A stretch of 64,000 nucleotides of DNA from Candidatus Omnitrophota bacterium. GTDB taxonomy: Bacteria; Omnitrophota; Gorgyraeia; Gorgyraeales; Gorgyraeaceae. The translations under genes were made by a program, and so were the position numbers. The notes beneath the pieces were generated by a model. It saw nothing but the letters and a program-made list of their open reading frames with translations, made no database searches and was not told where the DNA came from. The DNA is taken from NCBI GenBank assembly GCA_043821705.1, contig JBDRCN010000001.1:8851-72850 (forward strand), written 5' to 3'. Below are positions 1 through 8,731 of the stretch, in pieces; the first letter of the stretch is position 1, and every line of letters starts with the position of its first letter.

Positions 1-207
1 TTCCATAGTGATGTTCATCACCTTTAGAGGCACACCAAGATCTTTACTGGCTTTCGTAGCCTGATGCATGCAACCTTTGGACGTACAAGTGCAGAACACT
101 GTCAAAAAATTCAGCGCATGCACTTCTATCCCCTGCTCCAGCATAAGTTTTATCGCCAGCATACTATCCAATCCACCAGAAAATAACGCCACAGCTTTTC
201 TATTCAT
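1..207 (-). CDS. PP-loop ATPase, ThiI/MnmA-like tRNA thiolation family (N-terminal part, runs off the window)
   Basis: Manual translation MNRKAVALFSGGLDSMLAIKLMLEQGIEVHALNF...CTC; SGGLDS PP-loop. Not in the ORF track. Confidence 0.75.
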   Translation of the reverse strand, partial: MNRKAVALFSGGLDSMLAIKLMLEQGIEVHALNFLTVFCTCTSKGCMHQATKASKDLGVPLKVMNITME

Positions 208-222
208 ATAATTTCTTTCTTA

Positions 223-313
223 TAGCAGCGGGTCCTGTCCAAGATTCACCCCGCAAGTGCTCGCAAAACTCCTGCGCGCTTGCAGGGACCCCAATCTCGG
301 CCACCCGCTGCCA
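223..313 (+). repeat. Structured intergenic repeat family A, copy 1 (about 90 bp)
   Basis: Near-identical to the reverse complement of 57193-57283; terminal stem tagcagcggg/cccgctgcca. Confidence 0.9.
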
Positions 314-398
314 CAATAATAATTTAAATGCCTCTTTCAGATACAGTTAAACAAAGTCGCGAACAAGCTCCTGAATAGCTTCTAACTATAAGTAAAAA

Positions 399-555
399 GA
401 GCAGCTTGGTTGGTTCTAGAAGCATCTTGAAAATTCGAGCGGGCATGGTCCCCGCCTATTTTAGCACGATGCGGGGGAGCGAGAATTTTCATGAAGCGCA
501 GGATTCCCACGCTGGGGGAATCCAAGCGGTGCTGATAGAATCAGCCAAGCTGCTC
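399..555 (+). repeat. Structured intergenic repeat family B, copy 1
   Basis: Core ctagaagcatcttgaaaatt...tcatgaagcg-aggatt...aatcc-agcggtgct-atag shared with 2184-2338, 19514-19812 and 56867-57043(-); 20-bp terminal stem. Confidence 0.92.
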
Positions 556-1878
556 CTTTTCTTTACCAGAAATGTTCCGTATCTTCTCGAGATACTCCTT
601 TAACTTCTTTTCGTAGCCGATGTCTGTCGGCTCATAATATATCTTTTTCTCTGGTATATAGTCCTGCTCTACATAATGGTCTTTGTAACTATGTGCATAT
701 TTATAGCCTTCACCTTTACCTAGTTTTTTCTCTCCGCTATAAACAGCATTTTTTAAATGCTTTGGCACTTCCATGGTCCTGCCTTCCTCAACATCCTTCA
801 TCGCTTTATTTATCCCTAGATAACTTGCATTACTTTTTGGCGCGCATGCTATGTAACACACTGCTTGAGCCAGAGGGATCCTGCATTCAGGCATACCTAC
901 AAAATCAGCTACCTGGAATGCTGCATTCGCCAGCACCAAGGCCTGCGGGTCAGCATTTCCCACATCCTCACTCGCGCATATGACTATACGACGAGCAATA
1001 AATCTCGGGTCCTCTCCTCCATAAAGCATCTTTGCAAGCCAGTAAAGAGCTGCATCTGGATCAGAACCTCGCATACTCTTAATAAAAGCTGATATAGTAT
1101 CATAGTGTTCATCTTCATCCCTGTCATAGGCAATAGCTTTTTTCTGTATACTTTCTTCTGCAACCTTTAGTGTAAAATCTATCGCACCACTCTTGCCAGG
1201 TTTTGTGGTCAAAACTCCTACCTCTAATGCGTTCAAGGCCCTTCTAGCATCCCCGTCAGAGACATCACCTAAAAATTCCAAGGCCTTTTTTTCTACATTT
1301 ATTTTTTTATTACCAAAACCTCTCTCTTGATCTTTCAGGGCATTCTCCAATATTTTAACGATCTCGGGTTTAGCTAATTTTTTTAGTTCAAAGACTATTG
1401 AGCGTGATATTAAAGGTGAGACAAGTGAAAAAAATGGATTGTGCGTCGTAGCGCCTATCAAGACAGGGTTGCCTTTTTCCACATCCCCCATCAGGACATC
1501 CTGTTGCGCTTTATTGAACCTATGGATCTCATCTATAAAAAGGATGGTCTTCTTGTTGGTAGACGACTCTCTTTCCTTTGCAGAACGAAGAGCATCCCTT
1601 AACTCCTGCACATTCGAAGAGACTGCATTTATATCATGAAAGTAACTACCTGTGATCCTGGCTACCACATGGGCAAGCGTGGTCTTGCCTGTGCCAGGAG
1701 GCCCATAAAGTATAAGAGAGGATATTCTGTCAGCGTCTATTGCGCGACGCAGAAGCTTCTCTTCTCCCAATATATGTTCCTGTCCTATAAATTCATCCAG
1801 GTTCACAGGACGCATCCTGACAGCTAAAGGAGAGAACTTACTTATAGAGTTTTTTTGAGAATAAAATAGATCCGCCAT
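541..1878 (-). CDS. rarA: Replication-associated recombination protein A (AAA+ ATPase, MgsA)
   Basis: PLAVRMRP, GPPGTGKTT, FIDEIHRFNKAQQD, HYDTISAFIKSMRGSD. Confidence 0.96.
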   Translation of the reverse strand: MADLFYSQKNSISKFSPLAVRMRPVNLDEFIGQEHILGEEKLLRRAIDADRISSLILYGPPGTGKTTLAHVVARITGSYFHDINAVSSNVQELRDALRSAKERESSTNKKTILFIDEIHRFNKAQQDVLMGDVEKGNPVLIGATTHNPFFSLVSPLISRSIVFELKKLAKPEIVKILENALKDQERGFGNKKINVEKKALEFLGDVSDGDARRALNALEVGVLTTKPGKSGAIDFTLKVAEESIQKKAIAYDRDEDEHYDTISAFIKSMRGSDPDAALYWLAKMLYGGEDPRFIARRIVICASEDVGNADPQALVLANAAFQVADFVGMPECRIPLAQAVCYIACAPKSNASYLGINKAMKDVEEGRTMEVPKHLKNAVYSGEKKLGKGEGYKYAHSYKDHYVEQDYIPEKKIYYEPTDIGYEKKLKEYLEKIRNISGKEKEQLG

Positions 1879-1897
1879 GATAAGTGTTTAAAAAAAA

Positions 1898-2078
1898 TCC
1901 CCACTGATGCCGCAAGAAAGAACGTTTTACGAACCCTTCGATCAAGTGGGCTCCTTCTTAGATATTTATTGTTTCCCTGCTCAGTTCCTGCAAGGCCTAC
2001 AGCCATATCTAAAGTCAGGCTCCCATTAACATAGTGTTGGTTCAAAAACTCTTCATTCCTGCGCACATCGTAGGGACA
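1898..2078 (-). ncRNA. ssrS: 6S RNA
   Basis: About 180-nt rod: closing stem tccctacgatg-gcgcagga/tcttgcggcatcagtgggga, ttgaacc...gggagc...gcccac...gggttc flanking a central bubble, T-run at the 3' end, own promoter, pheT-6S-rarA context. Confidence 0.85.
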
Positions 2079-2083
2079 GTTTA

Positions 2084-2112
2084 ATTATAACATAACTTTG
2101 ACTGTAAAGCAA
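2084..2112 (-). promoter_or_regulatory. Sigma70 promoter of 6S RNA
   Basis: TTGCTT-17 nt-TATAAT with extended TG. Confidence 0.7.
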
Positions 2113-2133
2113 AATCTTAAAATAACTCCCTTA

Positions 2134-2156
2134 CTTAGCAGCCACCCGCTGCTAAG
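2134..2156 (+). repeat. Internally deleted family A remnant
   Basis: cttagcagccacccgctgctaag = the two A termini joined. Confidence 0.7.
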
Positions 2157-2183
2157 CGAAAAGTTGTATGACGCTATATAGTA

Positions 2184-2338
2184 GCTGTCTTGGCTCAGAC
2201 CTAGAAGCATCTTGAAAATTAGAGCGGGCACGGTTGCCCTAGACCATACATGTCTTGCAGAGCGAGAATTTTCATGAAGCGAAGGATTTCCTCGCTGGGG
2301 AAATCCGAGCGGTGCTTATAGGGCTGAGCCAAGACAGC
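2184..2338 (+). repeat. Family B, copy 2
   Basis: Same core; 20-bp terminal stem (one mismatch) abutting the pheT stop codon. Confidence 0.92.
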
Positions 2339-4399
2339 CTAACGTATCTCTACGCCCAGCTTTTTTACAAGCGCTTCTTGTACTTTCATATGAAGAGCCT
2401 GGACATCTTCATCTTTCAGGGTTTTTTCATCCGAACGATATTCTACGCTATAAGCTAAACTCTTTTTGCCATCTTGTATCTGTTGGCCCTTATATATATC
2501 AAAGATGTCAATGGAAGTTACTAGCCCTCCTCCTTCAGCCCTTATGACATTAAATATGTTTTCAGCGCTTAGATCATTACTAGCGATCATCGATATATCT
2601 CTCTTCATGGAGGGATATTTAGGAAGTGCCTTGAACCTGGTAGGTATTACGTGATCTATTAGTTCTTCAAAATCTATCTCAGCAATATAAACCTTGTCCT
2701 TGATATCGAAGAACCTGGCTGTCTTTTCCTTGACCTCTCCGAGACTACCTATCTTGATATTCCCGATCTTTAAGTCTAAGGCCATGTCTTCCCTAAAGAT
2801 AGTGTACTCGCCTTTTTCCAGCTTATAGTCTTTCACACCTAAAGAGACCAAGAATTTTTCTACCACGCCTTTCATGTCGAAGAAATCTATCTCTCGAGAA
2901 TGTTCTTTCCAATTGCCAGGAGTATTCCCGAATATAGCCATAGAGACCATGTTTTTTTCTTTTATCTCGTTCTTGGCCCTGTCTATACTATAGACCTTAT
3001 TGATCTCAAAAAGTTTGACAAGAGAATTTCTTCTATTTATATTCCAGCTTAATACCTCGAGCATCTCTGCGACAAGGGTTGGCCTCATGAATGCCTGATT
3101 CGCACTTAATGGATTTTGTAAGCGAACTACATTGTCAAATGATATGCCCAATGTCTCAATGCTAGCACGACTCGTAAGAGTATAAGTGACTACTTCGTTA
3201 AGCCCGAGTCTTGTCAATATCTCTTTTGATCTTTTTTTCAAGGCAGTGAGTGTCTTCTTTTCTTCTTCGTATAACTTCCCTATAGAAAGTCTTGGCAGTT
3301 TTGAAGGTACCTTATCATAGCCATATATACGGACGATCTCCTCTATGAGATCAATATCTCTTTCCAGATCCTGCCTATATATAGGTACTTTTACTGTTAT
3401 CTTATTCTTTGTCTTCTTGGAGATCTTAAGATCTAATCCTGCTAAAGATGCAATAACATCTTTTCTACTGATATCTATCCCTAATATCCTGGGTATCTCG
3501 CCTAGATCTAAAGATATCTCTTTTTCTTTTAAGATCTTTCCTCCTACATCAGTAAGATTTCCTGAGCACCTAGCTTTGGCAATATTCTTTATCATCTCCT
3601 GCGCTCTCATACTAGCTGAATAGACCATTGCAGGATCCACTCCTCTTTCAAATCTATAGCTTGATTCAGATGCTAGAGCTAATTTTCGTTGTGTCTTTCT
3701 TACGCTGACTGGGTCAAAATATGCGCTCTCTAAAAATATTGTCTTGGTCTCTTCAGTGATCTCAGTGTCCAGGCCTCCCATAATACCTGCTACTGCAACT
3801 GGTTTTACATCATCAGCTATTATAAGCATTGTAGGGTCAAGCTCTCTTCTTACACCGTCAATAGTGGTAAGCTCTTCTCCTTTTCTAGCGCGCCTGACAA
3901 TGATCCTTTGTTTTTCTAATTTCTCCAAGTCAAATGCATGGAGGGGCTGGCCTGTCTCAAATAATACATAATTAGTTATATCAACTATATTATTTACGCT
4001 TCTTACTCCCATGGCATTCAGTCTCTCGACGAGCCATTCAGGAGAAGGCCCTACTTTTACATTTTTCATAATGCATCCTACATACCTAGGGCAGGCTTTT
4101 TTATCCTCTATCTCTACTTTTGCCTTGCCCCTGGCTGGACCCTTTTTCATGTAAGATTTTTTTATAGACGCTGGCAGATTAAGAGTCTTCTTAGTAGCAC
4201 TGGCTAGTTCTCTAGCTACACCTATAATAGACAGGCAATCAGGCCTATTGGGCGTGATCTCTATATCCATGACATGGTCTTTACCCGTCTCTAAAGAACC
4301 TTCTACTTCAAGGCCTGTCATGGTAAGAGCTTGTTTTATCTCTTCAAGCCCTGCTTTTATATGGACAAAATCCTTTAACCAGTTTAATGTAACTCGCAT
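2339..4399 (-). CDS. pheT: Phenylalanine--tRNA ligase beta subunit (short form lacking the B2 domain)
   Basis: EITPNRPDCLS, SYRFERGVD, DLIEEIVRIYGY, C-terminal FDX-ACB domain; 686 aa. Confidence 0.96.
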   Translation of the reverse strand: MRVTLNWLKDFVHIKAGLEEIKQALTMTGLEVEGSLETGKDHVMDIEITPNRPDCLSIIGVARELASATKKTLNLPASIKKSYMKKGPARGKAKVEIEDKKACPRYVGCIMKNVKVGPSPEWLVERLNAMGVRSVNNIVDITNYVLFETGQPLHAFDLEKLEKQRIIVRRARKGEELTTIDGVRRELDPTMLIIADDVKPVAVAGIMGGLDTEITEETKTIFLESAYFDPVSVRKTQRKLALASESSYRFERGVDPAMVYSASMRAQEMIKNIAKARCSGNLTDVGGKILKEKEISLDLGEIPRILGIDISRKDVIASLAGLDLKISKKTKNKITVKVPIYRQDLERDIDLIEEIVRIYGYDKVPSKLPRLSIGKLYEEEKKTLTALKKRSKEILTRLGLNEVVTYTLTSRASIETLGISFDNVVRLQNPLSANQAFMRPTLVAEMLEVLSWNINRRNSLVKLFEINKVYSIDRAKNEIKEKNMVSMAIFGNTPGNWKEHSREIDFFDMKGVVEKFLVSLGVKDYKLEKGEYTIFREDMALDLKIGNIKIGSLGEVKEKTARFFDIKDKVYIAEIDFEELIDHVIPTRFKALPKYPSMKRDISMIASNDLSAENIFNVIRAEGGGLVTSIDIFDIYKGQQIQDGKKSLAYSVEYRSDEKTLKDEDVQALHMKVQEALVKKLGVEIR

Positions 4400-4441
4400 A
4401 AAAACCTACCTCTCTGGATTTAACATAAAATAAAAACCTTA

Positions 4442-4867
4442 TTACGGAGTAGTAATATCCGTAATAAGCCCGTCTTTAATAACTAGAGTTCTGGTATTTG
4501 TTATTAATGGGCCTATAACTACTTGTCGACTTGTTGTAATGCCTTGAGAATTGTCTCCTGAATAATAGTCTGCTGCTCTTACATATCCACTAGCAGTCAC
4601 ATCCCCACTAGCAGTTATAGCGCCACTAACTGTCAAGCTGCCAGGGTCGCCCGCATCTCCTATCAATACATCTCCTGGATTAGTAGTAGGATCCGGCGCA
4701 GCAGTATTAACACCTAATGTAACTGTCTGGAGTTGAGTGTACACCCCATGTGGCGATGGATAATAAGTTGTAAGCCGAAGCTCTTCTCTTGCCATAGTCT
4801 CCATGCCGAATGATAAAAGAACTGCTAAAGCCAAACAAGCTGTAAATATCTTTTTCTCTTTACTCAT
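4442..4867 (-). CDS. Secreted hypothetical protein with LTTYYPSPxGVY motif
   Basis: AAGGAGG RBS, signal peptide, Thr/Gly-rich beta-type sequence. Confidence 0.75.
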   Translation of the reverse strand: MSKEKKIFTACLALAVLLSFGMETMAREELRLTTYYPSPHGVYTQLQTVTLGVNTAAPDPTTNPGDVLIGDAGDPGSLTVSGAITASGDVTASGYVRAADYYSGDNSQGITTSRQVVIGPLITNTRTLVIKDGLITDITTP

Positions 4868-4889
4868 ATCCCCCTCCTTAAATGAGCAC

Positions 4890-4923
4890 TTGAATTACAG
4901 TAAATTTATTTACTGTAATTCAA
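4890..4923. repeat. Perfect AT-rich inverted repeat (16-bp arms, 2-nt spacer)
   Basis: ttgaattacagtaaat-tt-atttactgtaattcaa upstream of the 4867 start; operator or hairpin, function unknown. Confidence 0.8.
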
Positions 4924-4932
4924 TCTCCTCTG

Positions 4933-5070
4933 GTTAGCACCTCCCGAAGGTGCGAATTTAATCCCGCTCTTTTGGTAGCAACTACTAGCGTTACGGCCAA
5001 AAGGGCGGGATTAGTTCGGACAGTGACTTATGTTCACTCACTTCGTTCGTTCCATAAGTCACGTCCTCAC
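4933..5070 (-). repeat. Three-hairpin (cruciform) element family F, copy 1
   Basis: Starts at the G of the pheS TAG: gtgagg-hairpin-ccgaac-hairpin-aattcg-hairpin-ctaac; first hairpin homologous to the one starting at 25184. Confidence 0.7.
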
Positions 5071-6089
5071 TAAAACTGTTTTAGAAATCTAATATCATTT
5101 TCATAAAAAAGCCTTATATCATCTATCCCGTGCTTAAGCATACAGATCCTGTCAATACCCATGCCAAACGCAAAACCAGTATATTTTAAAGGGTCATATT
5201 TTACGCATTCAAAGACCCTGGGGTTTATCATCCCGCATCCTAGTATCTCCAGCCATCCTTTATGAGAACAGACCCTGCAGCCCTTGCCTCCGCATATAAA
5301 ACATGATATATCCACTTCAGCTGATGGCTCTGTAAAAGGAAAATAATGCGGCCTGAACCTCATCTTAACATTATCCCCAAAATATTCTTTAGCGAATTTT
5401 TCTAGTAACCCCTTCAGGTCGCTGAACACTATTCCCTCATCCACCATAAATCCCTCTATCTGATAGAACATGAATGAATGCGATGCATCTACTGCATCAG
5501 GCCTATATACCTTCCCAGCATGTACTATCTGTATAGGTGGTTTTTCTTTTTCCATGATCCTGATCTGAGCAGTAGAGGTCTGGCTTCTAAGGAGCATGCC
5601 ATTTTCTACATAAAATGTATGGAATGTCTCTCGTGAAGGATGGTTGCTTGGTATGTTAAGTGCTTCAAAATTATAAAACTCTGTTTCTATCTCGGGAGAA
5701 TCCACTGATTTAAACCCAATAGAAGTAAATATGTTTATTATATCCTCCATGGTCTTCATCAGGGGATGAGCATGCCCTATCTCATTTTTTATACCAGGAA
5801 GCGATGTGTCTTTATATTCAAAGCGCGATCTCTCTTCTTCCTTGAAGGCATTTTCCTTTTCCTCTATCAAGCCGGAAACCTTGTTCTTCATCTCATTTAT
5901 AAACTGCCCTACTTTTGGTTTATCTTTTTTTGGCACGTTCTTGAGACCTTTAAAAGAAAGCGTGATCTCGCCCTTTCTGCCAAGATATTTTATCCTAAGC
6001 TCTTCAATGCCTGCTAAAGAACTTGCTTCCATCACTTCTTTCAGCGCGCTCTTTTCTATATTTTTAAATTTTTCCATTGCCTTCATCAT
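5070..6089 (-). CDS. pheS: Phenylalanine--tRNA ligase alpha subunit
   Basis: NFEALNIP, LLRSQTS, RFRPHYFPFTEPS, GFAFGMGIDR. Confidence 0.97.
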   Translation of the reverse strand: MMKAMEKFKNIEKSALKEVMEASSLAGIEELRIKYLGRKGEITLSFKGLKNVPKKDKPKVGQFINEMKNKVSGLIEEKENAFKEEERSRFEYKDTSLPGIKNEIGHAHPLMKTMEDIINIFTSIGFKSVDSPEIETEFYNFEALNIPSNHPSRETFHTFYVENGMLLRSQTSTAQIRIMEKEKPPIQIVHAGKVYRPDAVDASHSFMFYQIEGFMVDEGIVFSDLKGLLEKFAKEYFGDNVKMRFRPHYFPFTEPSAEVDISCFICGGKGCRVCSHKGWLEILGCGMINPRVFECVKYDPLKYTGFAFGMGIDRICMLKHGIDDIRLFYENDIRFLKQF

Positions 6090-6098
6090 TACCTCCGG

Positions 6099-6776
6099 CT
6101 ATTTTTCAATATGATACTTTTTCTTGAACTTATCTAGGTGATCGTTTGAACCTATGATGATAAACACATCCTCATCTTTTACTATATAATCTGCTTTTGG
6201 CGCTACATTGATCTCTGCCTTTTCATCCGGGCCCTTTTTTCTGACTGCTATGATATTCAGATCATGCTCTGCCCTGACATCTAGATCCCTTATGGATTTA
6301 CCTATATATTCTTTTGGTACTACTGTCTCCATGATCCCGAATTCAGGAGAAAGCTCTATGTGCTCCAAGACAGAAGGAGAGACTAATGAATTAGCGACCC
6401 TGACGCCCATATCTTTTTCAAGATTAACAACCTTACTCGCCCCTACTTTCTCGAGGACCTTGCTGTGTTCATCTGTAACTGCTCTTGCTACTATATATGC
6501 AACCCCGAGCTCCTTTAAAAGAAGGGTTGTCAGCACTGATGCTTCAAGATTCGTGCCTATAGCGACTACTGCTACATCCACGTTCATAATGCCTACAGCC
6601 CTTAATGCCTTCTCGTCTGTAGAATCCACCTGGACACTTTCCGTGACAGTATCTGAAACACTCTGCACTAGTTCTTCATCTTTATCTATTGCAAGCACCT
6701 GATGGCCTTTTTCACTTAAGGTCTTAGCTACGCTTAATCCAAACCTTCCCAAGCCTATTACTGCGAACTGTCTCAT
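6099..6776 (-). CDS. ktrA: Ktr/Trk potassium uptake NAD-binding (RCK) subunit
   Basis: FAVIGLGRFG Rossmann motif, TrkA_N + TrkA_C. Confidence 0.92.
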   Translation of the reverse strand: MRQFAVIGLGRFGLSVAKTLSEKGHQVLAIDKDEELVQSVSDTVTESVQVDSTDEKALRAVGIMNVDVAVVAIGTNLEASVLTTLLLKELGVAYIVARAVTDEHSKVLEKVGASKVVNLEKDMGVRVANSLVSPSVLEHIELSPEFGIMETVVPKEYIGKSIRDLDVRAEHDLNIIAVRKKGPDEKAEINVAPKADYIVKDEDVFIIIGSNDHLDKFKKKYHIEK

Positions 6777-6793
6777 AAAAGATCTCCTTTTTA

Positions 6794-8152
6794 TTATCCT
6801 ACCATTACCTTCTCTGTAGGATATTTATAAAAGATTTTATCCTCTTTCATTGCTACTGCTAATGCGAGCGTAAGAGGGCCAACCCTCCCTACGAACATAG
6901 TTATCATTATAACTATCTTCCCAAGAACACTGAGAAGCGGGGTGATGCCTGTTGAAAGCCCTACTGTCCCAAATGCTGATGTCACTTCAAATAATATCCT
7001 TAAAAAATAATTCGGCATCAATAGATTCTTTTCTTCGATAAAACACAGTAGCATTGTGACCACTACTATCCATGTGAGCGATAATCCAGCTATCATAACT
7101 GCTTTTCTAAATATAGGCTTTGGTATAGTGCGTTTAAAGATCTGTATATGGTTCCTATTTTTTATCATGCTGAGCGCGCCTGCTATCAAGACACCGAATG
7201 TGCAGGTCTTTATGCCTCCTCCTGTAGAACCAGGAGAAGCCCCTATGAACATAAGTAAAATCATAAAAAATAACGTAGGGCTCGTAAGAGCCATCATAGG
7301 TATTGTATTGAACCCTGCTGTCCTAGTAGTCGTGGACTGAAAGAATGAAGTAAGGAATTTTTCCTTCCACGACAAACCTTCTAAAGAATAACTATTTTCC
7401 AGTATAAGAAACGCTACTGCACCCACCACCAAAAGAGACACGCTTACACTAAAAGCTATTTTTGTCTGTAAGCTCAATTTTGACATGAGCTGCTTTATGT
7501 CTTCATTCGTCCTTAAGAATATTTTTTTAAAGAACCACTTGAATATCTTTGGGATATCGATAAGTACTATAAAACCTATGCCGCCTAATATAATAAGCGC
7601 CATCATCACAATGTTCACGAACATATCAGATCTATAATTTATAAAACTGCTACTATTGAGAGAAAAACCAGCATTGCAAAAACTAGATATAGAATGGAAC
7701 ACTGAGCTATCTATGTCAGCGAACCTTCTATTGAATAATACTGCGCCTATTGCCTCTATCCCGAACGTTATCCCTAACACATAAAGGATAAGGCTCTTTA
7801 AACCCACTACGCTATGATGGTCCATTGCGCTTTTTACAACAATGTTCTCACGTAAAGTAAGCTTTCTGCCTAAAAGTATAGCAAAGAACGTGGACATGGT
7901 CATTATGCCAAGCCCGCCTATCTGCATAAGAAAGAGTATTATTCCCTTACCAAATCTCGAAAAATCCTTGCCAGTATCTCTTACTATCAGGCCTGTCACA
8001 CAAGTAGCGCTCGTTGCAGTGAACAATGCATCCACTCCACCTATAGATCTCCCATTCGCAGAACTCTGCGGCAGGGAAAGGAGGATAGCGCCTATGCATA
8101 TTGCAACAAGAAAGCTTATTAAGACCACTTGTGCTGGTTTAAGTTTACGCAT
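6794..8152 (-). CDS. ktrB: Ktr/TrkH potassium uptake membrane subunit
   Basis: Four pore motifs SATCVTGL, FCNAGF, RTAGF, SAFGTVGLS. Confidence 0.93.
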   Translation of the reverse strand: MRKLKPAQVVLISFLVAICIGAILLSLPQSSANGRSIGGVDALFTATSATCVTGLIVRDTGKDFSRFGKGIILFLMQIGGLGIMTMSTFFAILLGRKLTLRENIVVKSAMDHHSVVGLKSLILYVLGITFGIEAIGAVLFNRRFADIDSSVFHSISSFCNAGFSLNSSSFINYRSDMFVNIVMMALIILGGIGFIVLIDIPKIFKWFFKKIFLRTNEDIKQLMSKLSLQTKIAFSVSVSLLVVGAVAFLILENSYSLEGLSWKEKFLTSFFQSTTTRTAGFNTIPMMALTSPTLFFMILLMFIGASPGSTGGGIKTCTFGVLIAGALSMIKNRNHIQIFKRTIPKPIFRKAVMIAGLSLTWIVVVTMLLCFIEEKNLLMPNYFLRILFEVTSAFGTVGLSTGITPLLSVLGKIVIMITMFVGRVGPLTLALAVAMKEDKIFYKYPTEKVMVG

Positions 8153-8502
8153 TATTTTTTATTTGCGATCTCTACTATCTTCTTAAAAGTGCTCTTATCA
8201 TTAGCTGCTATATCAGCTAAGACTTTTCTATTTAAGGCTATCTTAGAATCCTTAAGGGACTTTATAAATTTACTATATGATACCCCTAGTTCCTTACATG
8301 CATTCGAGATCCTAAGTATCCAGAGATTTCTAAATGTCCTCTTCTTTGCCCTTCTATCTCTCGTGGCATACATCAGAGCCTTGTTCACTGACTCCATTGC
8401 ATTCCTGTGCCACTTACTTCTTCCAGCCCTCTGGCCCTTAGCAAGTTTTGAGACCTTTTTTCTGCGAGCCCTTGATGCTGGGCCGTATTTTACACGTGCC
8501 AT
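8152..8502 (-). CDS. rplT: 50S ribosomal protein L20
   Basis: MARVK, RDRRAKKRTFRNLWI, LNRKVLADIA. Confidence 0.97.
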   Translation of the reverse strand: MARVKYGPASRARRKKVSKLAKGQRAGRSKWHRNAMESVNKALMYATRDRRAKKRTFRNLWILRISNACKELGVSYSKFIKSLKDSKIALNRKVLADIAANDKSTFKKIVEIANKK

Positions 8503-8521
8503 CTTCGTTACCTCCTAATTT

Positions 8522-8719
8522 TCAACCGTATGGTAATAATTTCTTTGTTATTCGCGCGACCTTACCTGTGATCGTGATGCCTTTTCTAAGGTGGCGCTTT
8601 CTGTTCTTTGATTTTGATGTTAAAAGATGTCTTTTTCCACCTTTATGTGCCTGCAACTTCCCCCTCTTTGATAGTTTAAAGCGTTTCCTAGCGCTCTTGT
8701 TAGTCTTTAATTTCGGCAT
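8522..8719 (-). CDS. rpmI: 50S ribosomal protein L35
   Basis: MPKLKT...KRF...HLLTSKS...LLPY; infC-rpmI-rplT order. Confidence 0.97.
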   Translation of the reverse strand: MPKLKTNKSARKRFKLSKRGKLQAHKGGKRHLLTSKSKNRKRHLRKGITITGKVARITKKLLPYG

Positions 8720-8731
8720 TATCTTCTCCTT

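Noticed and set aside
406-603. Similar short ORFs (SENFHEA...AVLI) at 406-603, 2255-2458 and 56616-56954 as a peptide family
   Set aside because: They are translations of repeat family B; starts, stops and RBS are not conserved, whereas base pairing is.
1842-2066. 74-aa ORF upstream of rarA
   Set aside because: Coincides with the 6S RNA; no RBS or protein-like features.
5015-5072. Hammerhead-like TGAGG-stem-CCGAA in family F
   Set aside because: The CUGANGA and GAAA core and flanking stems are not satisfied (reads UAGUGA...CGAAC).
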